Assembly (NCBI GenBank): GCA_030324005.1
Contig: JARDVH010000073.1
Span: forward strand, 94,957,878 to 95,021,877
Reading direction: 5' to 3'
Source of the DNA: Negaprion brevirostris
Taxonomy: Eukaryota
Length of the DNA stretch: 64,000 nucleotides
Shown here piece by piece: positions 35,781-49,920 of this stretch (the first letter of the stretch is position 1; each line of letters begins with the position of its first letter). The position numbers were made by a program, and so were the translations under genes. Below the pieces are notes generated by a model that saw only the letters and a list, made by a program, of their open reading frames with translations, did no database searches and was not told where the DNA came from.

Positions 35781-38700
35781 CTCTGATCGGGATTGGAATT
35801 CCCATTTCCAACGCTGGTCTGGCAGAAAAATGCTCACGAACTTCCTCCGGTTTTTCTGGGCAATACTGATGGGGGAATGCATCCAAACAGACGCAGTGGA
35901 GGAAGTGTAGGAGAGAGCAGTGAAGCGAAGCCCTGGAGAAGACATTCCCCCCTGTTTACTGTATGAGCTGCCATATTCCATTAAGTAAAGAGTTTAAATG
36001 TCCCAAAGCTACAGAGAGAGCAGGTAAGAGTGTAAGAAGGTAAAGGTGGTAAAGCTGAGTTGGGGGAGATGTCAAAATTTTGGTGAATGGTGATTTTATG
36101 TCAAATGCGAGTGAGTCGAGAGATCAGGATGGAGTTTGAGGTCAGTTATTTGATTACCCAGGAGTTAGTCTCAGATTTATCTGTGTAATGTTTTCTGGGG
36201 AGGTATTCAAACAAGTACNNNNNNNNNNNNNNNNNNNNNNNNNNNNNNNNNNNNNNNNNNNNNNNNNNNNNNNNNNNNNNNNNNNNNNNNNNNNNNNNNN
36301 NNNNNNNNNNNNNNNNNNNNNNNNNNNNNNNNNNNNNNNNNNNNNNNNNNNNNNNNNNNNNNNNNNNNNNNNNNNNNNNNNNNNNNNNNNNNNNNNNNNN
36401 NNNNNNNNNNNNNNNNNNNNNNNNNNNNNNNNNNNNNNNNNNNNNNNNNNNNNNNNNNNNNNNNNNNNNNNNNNNNNNNNNNNNNNNNNNNNNNNNNNNN
36501 NNNNNNNNNNNNNNNNNNNNNNNNNNNNNNNNNNNNNNNNNNNNNNNNNNNNNNNNNNNNNNNNNNNNNNNNNNNNNNNNNNNNNNNNNNNNNNNNNNNN
36601 NNNNNNNNNNNNNNNNNNNNNNNNNNNNNNNNNNNNNNNNNNNNNNNNNNNNNNNNNNNNNNNNNNNNNNNNNNNNNNNNNNNNNNNNNNNNNNNNNNNN
36701 NNNNNNNNNNNNNNNNNNNNNNNNNNNNNNNNNNNNNNNNNNNNNNNNNNNNNNNNNNNNNNNNNNNNNNNNNNNNNNNNNNNNNNNNNNNNNNNNNNNN
36801 NNNNNNNNNNNNNNNNNNNNNNNNNNNNNNNNNNNNNNNNNNNNNNNNNNNNNNNNNNNNNNNNNNNNNNNNNNNNNNNNNNNNNNNNNNNNNNNNNNNN
36901 NNNNNNNNNNNNNNNNNNNNNNNNNNNNNNNNNNNNNNNNNNNNNNNNNNNNNNNNNNNNNNNNNNNNNNNNNNNNNNNNCGAGTTCATCACCAGCAATT
37001 GCTGCAAACTACAAATAACACTCAAAAGGTGGAGCCGCCCTCTGTATTTTCAGCATTTTCTGTTCTTATTTCAGAATTCCAGCATCCAATGTATTTTCTT
37101 TTAAAGAGTCAGTAGTGTAGTGGGGCTGTCTCCCTGACCTCTGTAGGGTTCTTTAGACTGAGTGCAGCTGTGGAAGTTGGCCTCAGTGCTGAGCCCCCAG
37201 GCTGCTATTGTGGCTGTCAGCCAGGCTTGATGCGGAGAGCACATCCTGGGTTGTTCAGCATTTTGGAGCAGTTTTTGGCCGGCTTGAAGAAGGAGCAAAG
37301 CTCAGTGCCACAAGGGATGGGAAGAAGAAGAACCATTTTGGAAAAGGACCACATAAAATTCCCCGAGTTTGATTAATCCTCAAGATGGTTGAGGTACCAC
37401 CTAGATGACAAGGTATTCAGCTTCAAGTCTTCGAAGGGAACTAATAAAATGAATGCCACGAGCTCTCAACTTCTGTTTTATTTCACTCTGCTTGAGTCTA
37501 GTTTTAAGACCAATTTGCAAAGAGCGTGAATAAGGGATTGAAGAGAAAGTTTTACAATCACTAGCTTTCATTCATTTTGGCTCCCACTGTTTAATAACTA
37601 AGTCAACACTGACTTGAGACAAAGAGTTGCGCTCTCAATGGTTTTCCAGTGTTTTGGGGTGTTGCGCAATAGTCACCCACCATAAGCAACTTTCAAGAAT
37701 GTACATCTATGTTTATTGCCTGTGGATCACTGAGCTGGAACCTTTATGCATTGTGCGTGTTTTTTCCTACGTTGCAATCATGCATAAGGACATCTTGTGC
37801 CATCAAATGAGGAGTAATGTAATCATATGAACTCACTGCACAGTAGGAAACCATACTGGCCCATTGTAGCTATTGTACTGAAGGTCTTATGATGCAGTGG
37901 GTAGCGGCGTCTTTGCCTCTGAGCTAAAAGCTGTGGCTTCGAGTGCCACCCAATTCTTGATGGCCAAGGAAGGTACATTTTTAATGTGATCAACAGGATG
38001 AGTATCAACCTCCAAAATTTCCCAATATATGGCGCCATCAGGTGGTAAGGGCGGGAGAGACTCCTGTCAGCCGTACTTTTGGAGCGGTGCTCCTCAAGCT
38101 ATAAACTGCTAGTGAACTATTTTGCGCGGGTGGGGAATCATTGCGGGAACAGATGAAAGTCTGCCTTGTTGTGCACCATTAGCTGAAGGAAGGAAAACAA
38201 CAACCTATGTTAACTCAGTTTGGGGAACCGTCTCAGGCTCACATGCTTGCTTAGGTCTACATGCCTTTGCTTCTTATTGTGGGGCAGAACTTCAATTCAT
38301 ACCGAATGCCAAAATTAAAATAAAAATGCAGAGAGTAAAATAACAGCTTCAATGAATTAATTGTTCCATGAGCAGCAGTGTTGAGATAGGCAAATAATTT
38401 TTTTTAAAAAATGCCACGCGTTTGCAGATTGGGAAAGTACAACCCTGTAGATACCTACCATATCCTGGGGGTGGCGGTGTTGTATTGCGAAAAACACATA
38501 CCGAAAAACAGACCAAGCTCCTGTTGTTGAAGTCAGAGAGCGGTCGGCCTGCTTTGCGGGGGTGGGGGGGAGGGGGAATGAAAATCCTTCAATGTTGACA
38601 TAATACATAGAAATGTCAGCCAAATTTCTGAGAAGTATCTCTCCTGTCTCCTTGACGAAGCTGTAGCAACAACAGAAGAGAGAGAATTAGTCAAAAGTAA

Positions 38701-39094
38701 GCAAACAAACTGAATGAAAGAATTGTTTCCACTGTGGGCACTCACATTAACATCCTTCCAACCCCTTCTGGCATTTTCCACCCGCAGACAATGGGGACTT
38801 GCATGACTTGCTGCAGACTTGTTCAATATGAGTTCAATCTCTGACACATATATGAATTGAAACTCTTGCTGTGACAGTTAGAATGATCTATAAAATGGCC
38901 CTGACCATCCATCACCTATTGTTACTGGTGACCATAGCGACCCTAACTCGGTAAGGTTTAAGGTAGTAATGGAAAAGGACAAAGATGGTAGGCAGTAAAG
39001 GTTCTGAACTGGTGAATCGCCAATTGTAATAGGGTAAAACAGGACCTGGCTAAAGTGGTCTGGAAACAGATACTTGTAGGAAAATCCACATCTA

Positions 39095-39367
39095 CGGGTG
39101 GCACAGTGGTTAGCACTACTGCCTATCAGAACCAGGGACCTGGGTTCGATTCCTGGCTTGGGTCACTGTCTGTGTAGAGTTTGCACGTTCTCCCTGTGTC
39201 TGCGTGGGTTTCCTCCAGGTGCTCCGGTTTCCTCACACATTCAAAAAGACCGGTTAGGTGCATTGACCCGAACAGGTGCTAGACTGTGGCGACTAGGGGA
39301 ATTTCACAGTAACTTAACTGCAGTGTTAATGTAAGTCTTACATGTGTCTAATAAATAAACTACTTTA
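39095..39367 (+). mobile_element. HE1-like SINE inserted in a CR1 relic
   Basis: gggtggcacagtggttagcact..gggttcgattcctggcttgggtcactgtc..taataaataaac. Confidence 0.88.
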
Positions 39368-39494
39368 TCAGAGCAGTGGAAGTCATCCAAAAAGGATATA
39401 GCGTACAAAGCCAATACATCCCTGTAAAGGGCAGAACCAATAAGTCCAAAGAACCTGGATGTCAAGGGATATAAAAGAGAGAGAGGACTACAAA

Positions 39495-40085
39495 CAGAAG
39501 CAGGGAAGCAGACTGCTGAGGCTTTATAAGGTTCTGGTCAGACCACATTTAGAACATTGCGAGCAATTTTGGATCCTGTATCTAAGGAAGGATGGCCTTG
39601 GAGAGGGTCCAGAGGAGGTTCATGAGAATGATCCCTGGAATGAAAGAATAGTCATATAAGAAGAAATTGAGAACTCTGGGTCTGTACTTGATGGAATTTA
39701 GAACGATGAGGATGACCTCACTGAAACTTACAGAATACTGAAAAGCCTAGAAAGAGGGGCCGTGGGGAAGATGTTTCCATTAGTAGGCGAGACTTGAATC
39801 CGAGGGCAGTGTCAGAAAGAAGGGCCGACCCTTTAGAACTGAATTGAGAATGAATTTCTTCAGCCAGAAGGCAGTGAATCTATGGAATTCGTTGCCACAG
39901 AAGGCTGTGGAGTTCAGGTCTTTGAGCGCATTTAAGACAGGATAGGTTCTTGATTCGTAAAGGGACCAAAGGTTATGGAGAAAAGATGGGAGAATAGAGT
40001 TCAGAAACTTATCAGCCATGATTGAATGGCAGAACAGATTTGATGGGCTGAAAGGCCTAATTCTGCTCCTATATCTTATGGTCTG
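39495..40085 (+). mobile_element. CR1 LINE 3' fragment
   Basis: LLRLYKVLVRPHLEHCEQFW..; ends ttctgctcctatatcttatggtc. Confidence 0.85.
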
Positions 40086-42544
40086 ATAGACCCCAACGGT
40101 TTTTCTATCTTTTTCTTTTTATTACTTTTTCAGTCGGGCTTCATAACATACTTTGGTTTTCCTGCTCTGACACCCTAACAATAGACAAACAATATTTCAC
40201 AGCATTGTTAAGATGGGCCCTCCAGAAAGTCAAACATCTCATTGATACATGCATCTTATGAGATCTCTGTTGTCTATTTAGAAGAGCCAGCTGTGTTTTT
40301 ACAGTGGGCTGAGCACCATTCAGAACTTAACTCCACTGAATCTACCAGTGCATTGCCTACTTTATCCCTATTGTCCATGAAGAGTCTTCCACCGAGGATG
40401 CCTTGCCTAAGTACATGTTACATTCCATGGAACATCACACTCCTGGAAAGCTGGTTCCGTACTTTAGTCCCAGCTGAAAGCCTTCTTTAAAGGGCACCGC
40501 AGTGCACAATAGTTCACCAGAAAACCCCCTCCAGCACACCCCTCTNNNNNNNNNNTCCTCACGCACCAGTCCGGGCACTGGCCCCCTGGGAGCAGTTAGG
40601 GGAGGTTTGGTACAGAATCCCGATATAGATGCTGCTCTGAAACTTCCAAGACACATTGGGATTGATGGATCATTGGTTGTGTGGCGTTGAATGGTAAAGT
40701 CATTCAGACCATGGTGTCCGCTTTCTCCTCACCGATAGAAATTGCATTTTCGAACATTAAAGCCAAATGTTTTTTATATTGACTCCGAAATCCCAAGGAA
40801 TTTGCAGATCTAAAAGATCATTTTTGATTGTTGCTTAGTCAGATGGTGTATCGTTTAACTTGTTAGTTGTGTATTTGTGAAAATGAGCAGATGCATCACG
40901 TGCAGATTGCTAAAGCTTCCAAAAGTTACATTCAGATAAAACAAGTTTATTTCTGTTTTTCAAGCCACAATACGTGTTTTCATATGGGCATGTGGGAAAG
41001 GATCGTGATACACAGCTATGCATTTGATAATGCTTTTATAATACAGCTGATAAAATTGAAGGTTGGGTTATATTATGAGGAAAATGGGCATCATATATAT
41101 TTGTAAACAAGTTTTTACATGTTGTGGCTAAGTGAGCAGTGGGAATGGCGTCTCTCTGAAAGAAGCTGCATTCATTACTTTTGAATTCTCCTAGCTACTA
41201 GAATGCGAGTCTATCAGTTGTCAGCAGCTTGCAAAAGTAGATGATATATTTTCTAATACCAAAACATTGTTTCTCGACTTGCGGTCTACGCAATGTGTTA
41301 CCTGTTCTGGCAGTACCGGTTTGTCTCTTCTGTGAATGCAATACTTACCATCTTGCATTCACAGAAGAGACAAACCGTCCAGAAAGACGGTTATTTAAGC
41401 AGGCATGTTTTAACAGGAAAAGAAGCTCTGATCAAATTGTGTATTTTCTTGGCTTTGACCTTCGGGTGCCAGGGTGGGGCGGAAAAGTGAAGCTGAACAC
41501 GGAGCCTTGCTACACTGCCACACGAAAGCAGAATTAGAATAACTAATATTCACAACAGTAAACAGCTTCTGTTAGACTGAACACCACATTTACACAAGGA
41601 AAACACTGATTTTCTGGATATCACAGTATCCAGATTAGTACATGAAATCGACAAGCATAAACCAGCGACTATAGTATTTTTCAAAGCAACTGACACATTT
41701 CTACACAGAAAAAGCCAACCCCCTAAACGCGCCTCCCAGCAACTTGTGTAGTCACAGCTGGTGTGATTCCATTGCAGATGCACAATGATTGAAGACTTTA
41801 ACCATGCATCTGCCAACATTCTCACTGTACCAAGAGAGAGAAGATACATCAAATGTGTGTTCAGGCCTGTCAAGTATTGAGAAGGAATTAGATGATCCGC
41901 AGCCAGAGAGCAGCAATCTTAATTAGTCATAAAAAGTTGNNNNNNNNNNNNNNNNNNNNNNNNNNNNNNNNNNNNNNNNNNNNNNNNNNNNNNNNNNNNN
42001 NNNNNNNNNNNNNNNNNNNNNNNNNNNNNNNNNNNNNNNAATTAGTCATAAAAAGTTGCACAATGACCCAATAAATTAACAAAATAATTTAAAACCTTTT
42101 TTGGGGGAAAAAAAGCTGACAAGGCTGTAAATACACTCAATCAGTAAAGCATAACATCCGCTTTTTAAAGAGGCAAGAATAAGGATGCTGGCAATGTGGG
42201 GCGTGTAAACACTTAAAATTCAGCAAGTGATACAAAACAGGAGCCTTAATTAACATGGACATGTGAACAATATAATGTAATCTACACTATCTGATGCTTG
42301 CAGCGCCATGTTCTATATATAGAGGACAAACAGGCCCTTCTTTCAGATCCAGAATTACCAGCGGAAATCAGTGCGATTAATCCAGGAAATGAAGACAAAG
42401 CCTTTTGTCAGGCATTTCGTGCACTAGGGGAGATTCTGGTGTTTGAAGCCAACAGGACCCAGACAACATCACTAATCAAAAGGGGAGTGAGAGCTGGAGG
42501 ATTGCAAATTCAGAAATCCAGTTACCAAATGGCATTAATTGATT

Positions 42545-43520
42545 TTCAAGTTTGCTGATGACATAGTGGGTGGGACCTCAAAAATGATGAGACAGAGTAA
42601 AGGAATGAGATAGAGAATCTTGTGAACTGGTTCAATGACAATAATCTGTCCGTCAATGTCAACAAAATGAAGGAGTTAGTCATTGACCTCAGGTTGCGTA
42701 CTGGAGAACATGCCCCTGTTTATATCACTGGGGATGAAGTAGAAATGGTCGAGAGATTCAAATTTTTAGTTGTCCTGATCACCAACAACCTGTCCTGGTT
42801 CCCTCTCTGCTGACACTATAATTAAGAAAGCCCACCAATGCCTCTACTTTCTCAGAAGAGTAAGGAAATTTGGCATGTCAGCTATGACTCACCAACTTTT
42901 ACAGATGCACAATAGAAAGCTTGGTATTATTCCTTCGCTGACCAAGATTACAAGAAACTACAAAAGGTCATGAATTTAGCCCAATCCATCACGCAAAGAA
43001 GCCTCCCATCCACTGACTCAGTCTACACTTCCCACTGCCTTGGAAAAGCAACCAGCATAATTAAGGACCCCACGCACCCTGGACATATTCTCTTTCATCT
43101 CCTTCCAAAAGGAAAAAGATAAAAAAATCTGAGCTCACAATCCAACCAATCCAAAAGCAGTTTCTTTCCTGCTGCCATCAGACTTTGTTTGTTACCAAAT
43201 ATTAACCATATTAAAGAAGCTATTTTCCAATTTACAGCAATCAACTTGGCATCTCAAAAAATGCATGTCTGATGTTCAGCCGTCATGTTCCACAGTATTT
43301 CAGTTAAAATGCATCTTTAAAACAGTCATTTCAAAACAAGGTCCCATCAAGAATTCATGGCTCTCTTTCGCACTAAGTTGATCTTTCACTACACCATAGC
43401 TATGACTGTAACACTACATTCTGCACTCTCTCCTTTCCTTCACTATGAATGGTATGCTTTGTCTCTATAACACACAAGAAACAATACTTTTCACAGTATG
43501 CTAATACATATGACAATATT
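42545..43520 (+). mobile_element. Rex1/Babar-type non-LTR retrotransposon 3' fragment
   Basis: aagtttgctgatgac (KFADD), then NLVNWFNDNNLSVNVNKMKELVIDLR..VEMVERFKFLVV.ITNNLSW, the Rex1-clade RT C-terminus. Confidence 0.8.
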
Positions 43521-44649
43521 TTATTTTCTTCTTTTCTTTCCTCTATTCAAATACAAAGGAGGAAATGTCTTGTCCAGATCCAAAATTAAAAACAAAATGC
43601 CCAAAATCTGCTGCGTGAAATGATGCCTAACCCTAAACCCCTATCCTAAATGCCACAGATATCTCAAAGTTGACTCAAAATCTAAACTGACACATTAATC
43701 CTAATATTTACTCACATCTCACAATACTAATCCCAGGCACCAACCCATAATATAAACCTTAAGTTGTATGTATGTGTGGCCATTTGGAAACCTTAAAAAG
43801 AACACGCAATGCAATAGACAGGCCGCACTTACCAAAGGGGAATAGGGAACATATGTCCACATCCTATCTTAACGCTGTAGGTTCTTTCTCTTTCAGTATA
43901 TGTCTGATTACCACACATTCACAAAATGAAAATGAAGTGAAAATACAGAAGATAAAATTTTAAACTAGATGCAATGATCTGGATTTTGCAGGGAGGTTTG
44001 ATAGTAAACTATCAACAATCGCCATCCACATTCCTCTGGAACTGATTGTAATTTCACTATTTGATTCATGGACATTTAGTCCTGAAATTCCACTCCTGTC
44101 ATTCACTGCTCCATCATAGGCTGTGCTGTATACTCCCCCTCCTCCTTCTCCTCCCACTCTCCTGCCAAACCAGCAACAAGTCGGGTGTAACTGGATTTTT
44201 AATGGCAATGCAAAAAATAATGAATGTTGAAAACCAGAATTTTATAATTGTGGAGTGTTGATAAATGTCCTCGTTATGATTACTATGTTCTGAAGCTACA
44301 TTTTTAAAATCATAATTTTGAAAGAGCGTTTTGCATGTTACTTCACCTTCCACTGTCACCCCATGTCAATGATGCAACCTTTATTTTGCATTAATTAACA
44401 TTTTTTTAAATAAAGAAATTTAATTTTGGTACCTTTCACTTCCTGATTGGCTCTCTGTGAGAATTTTTTAATGTTGAACAGCTTGCTGGCAGTCCTGCAA
44501 CTCGCCATTAATTTATGCTACATCCCACTGCATGGCAAGGCCATGTAAGATCCAGCTAGAATGATCATTGGATTTCTCAGCACAGCTTTCTTTGAGGCCA
44601 GTGGTCCTTGTTCCTCTGGAGACCACAAACAATCCAAATCCCAAATCAA

Positions 44650-44879
44650 CTCTCTCTCTCCCCTTGCCTCTCACGCCCCTCATTCTCTTCTCCCCTCTCT
44701 TTTCTTCCCGCCTTTGTCTCTCTTCTCCCCCTTTCTCTCTTCTTCCCCTCTCTCTCTCGCTTCTCCCCACCTGTTTCTCTTCACCTGCTTACTCTCTTCT
44801 CCCCCTCGCTCTCTCTGTCTTCTCCCCCTCCCCCTCTCTCTGCCCCCTTATCCACCCTCTCTCTCTTCTCTTCCTCTCT
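44650..44879. repeat. (CT)-rich polypyrimidine low-complexity tract
   Basis: Directly visible. A similar tract lies at 59570-59740. Confidence 0.9.
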
Positions 44880-45165
44880 AGGGTAGTTAGCATTGCTGCC
44901 TCACAGTGCCAGAGCCCCGGTTCAGTTCCTGGCTTGGTCACTGTTTGTCCGGAGTCTGCATGGGTTTCCTCTGGATGCTCCAGTTTCCTCCCAACAGTCC
45001 GATAGATATGCTGGTCAGGTGCATTGGCTATGCTAAATTCTCCCTCAGTGTACCCAAACAGGCATTGGAGTGTGTCAACTCAGGAATATTCACAGTAACT
45101 TCATTGCAGTGTTAATGTAAGCCTACTTGTGACATTTAAAAATACACTTTAAACTTTAAAACTTT
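44880..45165 (+). mobile_element. HE1-like SINE
   Basis: gttagcattgctgcctcacagtgccag..ggcttggtcactg..cctacttgtgaca. Confidence 0.8.
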
Positions 45166-46607
45166 ATGTGGACCCTGAGCTGCAAGTTACCCACCACCTC
45201 TTTAAGTGAAGGTTGGAGGTGAGGGAAGAATAGCGCTGGAGCATATGTTCAGCTGTGTGAAGTTAACAATGGAGGATGCAGGTTAAAGCTTATTGCTCTA
45301 GTGGATGCAAATGAAGAAAAAACATTGACTTATTTTAGTAGATGTAGAGGTGATGTGGCAATTAAATTGGTTGGAGAGAGACGACCTCTGACAAAACACT
45401 AGCCCTATTACCAACAGCTGGGATTTCCCTCCCATAACCCTGCTGCAATCCTGGGGAATCTTCAGGATTTTGAGAGAAGGTTGGGAATCGGGAGGTTGCG
45501 TGACCTGCTGAGTATGTCCAGGATTTTCAGGTTTTTTTAATTTAGGATTTCTGACGTAGGTGTTTTGCCTTTACGATAGCTTGTACAAAAGGCTAGTTCT
45601 GTGTATTGTAACTATTCCAGAATGGAAGGAGAGCTTTTGGCCCATCATTTCCACACCAGTTCTGTACTAGAACAATCCCCGATTGATTCCCCTATTCCTG
45701 CTTCTCTTCTAAGTCGTTTACCATCCCCTAATTGAAACATTTATCCAGGCTTCCCTCGCAAAATGCAGTGGTCTTTGCTTCAACCATTTGCCATGGCAAA
45801 TCTTTGGGGCTCCAACAAGCTTTTATCTGCACATGTCTCCAAATTCATGACTACTTGTCACCAACTCCCTGATCCGGGGGGAATGTTAGTTTCCCCAATT
45901 CCAGTTAACAACCTTGAAACAAATAAATGGCGCTTAAAATAAAGCAGTCTCACATTTTTCATTGGGCCAAACAGATTTTTTTTGAGGAAAGGATAAAAAT
46001 GGATACCAAAATTACATTTGATGCAAAATATTCCCGTGCAGGAGAACTTAACCACTTCAGTAATCTGACTTCACTCAGAAAAATGCAACCATTCATCGTG
46101 GCTTTCCTTCCTCTTCCTGCAGTTTTTGCAAGAGGCTCACTATAAGCAGCCACCCCTTGGTGTGGTTCACTAATTCCACATCAATTAACCCTCAGATGAG
46201 TCTTAGAAAAAAAACCTTCTTTCAATAAAACAGAGACTGCGCCTAGGATTTCTAGACATAAAATGACTCTCAAAGAAAAGATAATTTCTAATCATTATTG
46301 GCCTGGATTAAAGTGGACCAGAGGAGTATCTTCTGTTATTTCATTTCTATGACTGAATCCGAGTGAATTATAGACCATTGCTTAAGTTTTAATAACCCAT
46401 AGGTTTTTTGATCTATTCTTGCTACTTATTATTGTTCTTTGCACATAGGGTGATGTTTCGTTAATAGAAACATAGGCGGGATAGAGGGAAGCCATTTTGT
46501 CCATTGTGCCTGTGTCAATGAGAAAAGAGCTGTCCAGCTCAATCCCATTTTGATTTGAATTGATTTATTATTGTCACATGTATTGGAATATAGTGAAAAG
46601 TATTGAC

Positions 46608-47340
46608 TTAGAATCTCTACATTACAGAAAGAAGCCATTCGAGTCTGCACTGACCACAATCCCACCCATGGACTACCCCCATATCCACCCACTAATCCCT
46701 CTAACCTATGCATCTCAGGACACTAAGGGCAATTTTGCACGGCCAATCAACCTAACCCGCACATCTTTGGATTCTGGGAGGAAACCAGAGCTCCTGAAGG
46801 AAACCCATGCAGACATGAGGAGAATGTGCAAACTCCACACACACAGTGACCCAAGCCAGGAATTGAACCCAGGTCCCTGGAGCTGTGAAGCAGCAATGCA
46901 GCACTGTGCTACCGTGCCGCCCTTGTTTTTTGTGCACTATACAGGTAAAACATATTGCTCATAGAGGATAAGGAACGGNNNNNNNNNNTGAAGAGAAAGA
47001 TCAGCCTAACATATGATAGGTCCAGTCAAAAGTTTAAAATTTATTTATTAGTGTCACAAGTAGGCTTACGTTAACACTGCAGTGAAGTTACTGTGAAAAT
47101 CTCCTAATCATCACACTCCGACACCTGTTCGGAAACACTGAGGGAGAATTTAGAATGGCCAATGCACCTAACCAGCACGTTTTTTGGACAGTGGAAGAAA
47201 ACTGGAGCACCTGGAAGAAACCCATGCAGACACGGGGAGGCTGTGCAGACTCCACTTAGACAGTGACCCCACCTAGGAATCTAACTGGGATTCCTAGTGC
47301 CGTGAGGCAGCAGTGCTGACCATTCGGTCACCGTGCCACC
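46608..47340 (-). mobile_element. Two tandem HE1-like SINE copies (46608-46922, 47028-47340)
   Basis: Both are reverse complements of the SINE consensus. Confidence 0.85.
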
Positions 47341-47479
47341 GTGATGGCGGTCTGATGGAGTTGGGAAGAATCGGTTGGTACGTGTTCTCAGTCAATGGAT
47401 GGGAGACTGGTTTGCGTGATGGACTGGGCTTCATTCACAACAATTTGTAGTTTCTTGTGGACTTGGTCAGAGCAGGAGC

Positions 47480-49920
47480 CACTTTCTACCATCTGTAAGG
47501 TTATGGCATGTCAAATGCATCCCTAGAGGTCTTTTTTAAATTGTGGTAAGGCACCACCAACCTTTTAGTCAGTGAGTTCCAGGCCTTCACCATGAAAAAT
47601 GTCCTCCTCAATTTCCCTTTAATCCTTTTACAAATTACTTTAAACCTATGCTCCCTGGTTATTGACCNNNNNNNNNNNNNNNNNNNNNNNNNNNNNNNNN
47701 NNNNNNNNNNNNNNNNNNNNNNNNNNNNNNNNNNNNNNNNNNNNNNNNNNNNNNNNNNNNNNNNNNNTTAATCCTTTTACAAATTACTTTAAACCTATGC
47801 TCCCTGGTTATTGACCTCTCTCCAAAGGGAAGTAATCCTCCCTATCCACACAATCAAAGCCTCTCATAATTTTATCATAAAATGTGCAAACTCCACAAAG
47901 ACAGTGATCTGAGGCCGGAATTGAGCCTGAGTCCTGGGCGCTGTGAGGCAGCAGTAATAACCACTGTGCCGCCGTACCACCCATTTATTAGTTCAATTAA
48001 ATCTCCCCTTAGCCGAAGAACACAATTCCATCTATCCAATCTTTCTCCAAGTTGAAATTTTCAATTTCTTGCAACATCCTGGTAAATCTTCTCTGTAATT
48101 TCTCTAGTGCGATCATATTCTTCCTGTATGCGGTGTAACTGGTGCTTTGTACTGTTCCAACATAACTTTATTGCACTAATTTCAACTAATTCAACTAATG
48201 TCCGAAAGCATCACATCAGCCTTCTGACCCCACCTTATCGACTGTCCTTCAAGTAGCACAGACTAAGGTCCCTCTGTTCCTCTACACCTATCAACGCACA
48301 TAAACATATGAAATAGGATCAGAACTAGGCCATTTGGCCCCTTGACCCTGCTTCTCCATTCATTAAGATCAAGACTGGAATTCTCTGATCTTACATGCCC
48401 GTCTACCTCTGCCACCAAGAAAGGAGAATTTGGCACTCATCCAAAACTATATTCCCAGCCGAACGACTGGATAATTCCAGCCACTGGTGAGGTCGGACAA
48501 CTTTGGCCCATGACTGATCCATATATATCTGATTTTGCATTCCAATCCAACCCCCAATAACCTTTGATTTCCTTACCTAACAAGAATATATTTACCTCAG
48601 CCTTAACAATATTCAATTAACCCACCTCCACCACCTTCCGAGGCAGAGAGTTCCAAAGTTACATTACCCTTGGAGAGAAAAGAATTCTCCTCATCTCTGC
48701 CCTAAAAGGGCAACCCCTAATTTTGAAATAGTGCCTCCCTAATTCTGGACGTACACACAAAAGAAAACCACCTTTCCGTGAGCACTTTGTCAAGATCATT
48801 CAGGATCTTATATACTTCAATCAAATCACCCTTCACTCTTCTAAACTCCAGTGGAAACAAACCCAACCTATCCAACCTATCCTCATNNNNNNNNNNNNNN
48901 NNNNNNNNNNNNNNNNNNNNNNNNNNNNNNNNNNNNNNNNNNNNNNNNNNNNNNNNNNNNNNNNNNNNNNNNNNNNNNNNNNNNNNCCTTCACTCTTCTA
49001 AACTCCAGTGGAAACACACCCAACCTATCCAACCTATCCTCATAAGACAATCCATTTATTCCAGCTATCAGTCTGATGAACTATCCTATATTTATAGTTT
49101 ATTTCCATGCCTGTTTGCTCTCCCCAAATATCTTACCTCACATTTCTGCTGATTGAATTCTATGACCACTTTTCTGCTCACCTGAACAGTCCATTGATAC
49201 CTTCCTATAATCTACAAATCTGTCCTCACTATTAACCACACACTTACCATCTGCAAACTTCTTAAGACCATAAGACATAGGAGCAGAATTAGGCTATTCA
49301 GCCCATCGGATCTGCTCCACCATTCAATCATGGTTGATATTTTTCTCATCTCCATTCTCATGCCTTCTCCCCATCACCCTTGATTATCTTCTTGATCAAG
49401 AACCTATCTATTTCTGTCTTAAAGACAGTCAATGAATTGGTCTCCACACCCTTCTGAGGCAATGAGTTCCACAAATTCACCATCCTTTGGTTAAAGAAAT
49501 TCCTCCTCATCTCAGTTTTAAATGAGCGTCCCTTCACTCTGAGGTTGTGCCCTTGAGTTCTAGCCTGTCCCACTAGTGGAAATATCCGCTCCACAGATAC
49601 CTAGGCCTCTCTATTCTGTAAGTTTCAATTAATCATTTAATTAATTCAATTACTTCAATTCAATTGATCATCTCACCTAAATTTGAATCTAAATTGTTGA
49701 TTTAATACCACAAAAAACAAAGGACACAGCACCGAACTCTGTGGAACCCCACTTGAAACAGCCTTTTAGTCTCATAAACCACTCGCCAGTTTAGATATCA
49801 TTGGCAAACTTCTTAATCATGTCCCTTTTGCATTTATGTCTACATCGTTGATACGTAACACAGCCAGCAAGGGACCCAGTACTGACCCCTACAGAATCCC
49901 ACTGGAAACATTTCCTTCTG
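47480..49920 (-). mobile_element. Cluster of nested CR1 3' fragments plus a SINE head
   Basis: ORF 49358-49594 RIFPLVGQARTQGHNLRVKGRSFKTEMRRNFFNQRMVNLWNSLPQ, with several similar tails. Confidence 0.75.

Noticed and set aside
44513-45005. Hydrophobic Leu/Ser/Phe-rich ORFs (also 59428-59825)
   Set aside because: These are translations of CT-rich low-complexity tracts.
19030-49045. Direct repeats flanking 100-N gaps (19030/19159, 41920/42040, 47617/47768, 48830/48987)
   Set aside because: Identical or near-identical sequence on both sides of fixed-length gaps indicates unmerged contig overlaps, i.e. assembly artefacts.
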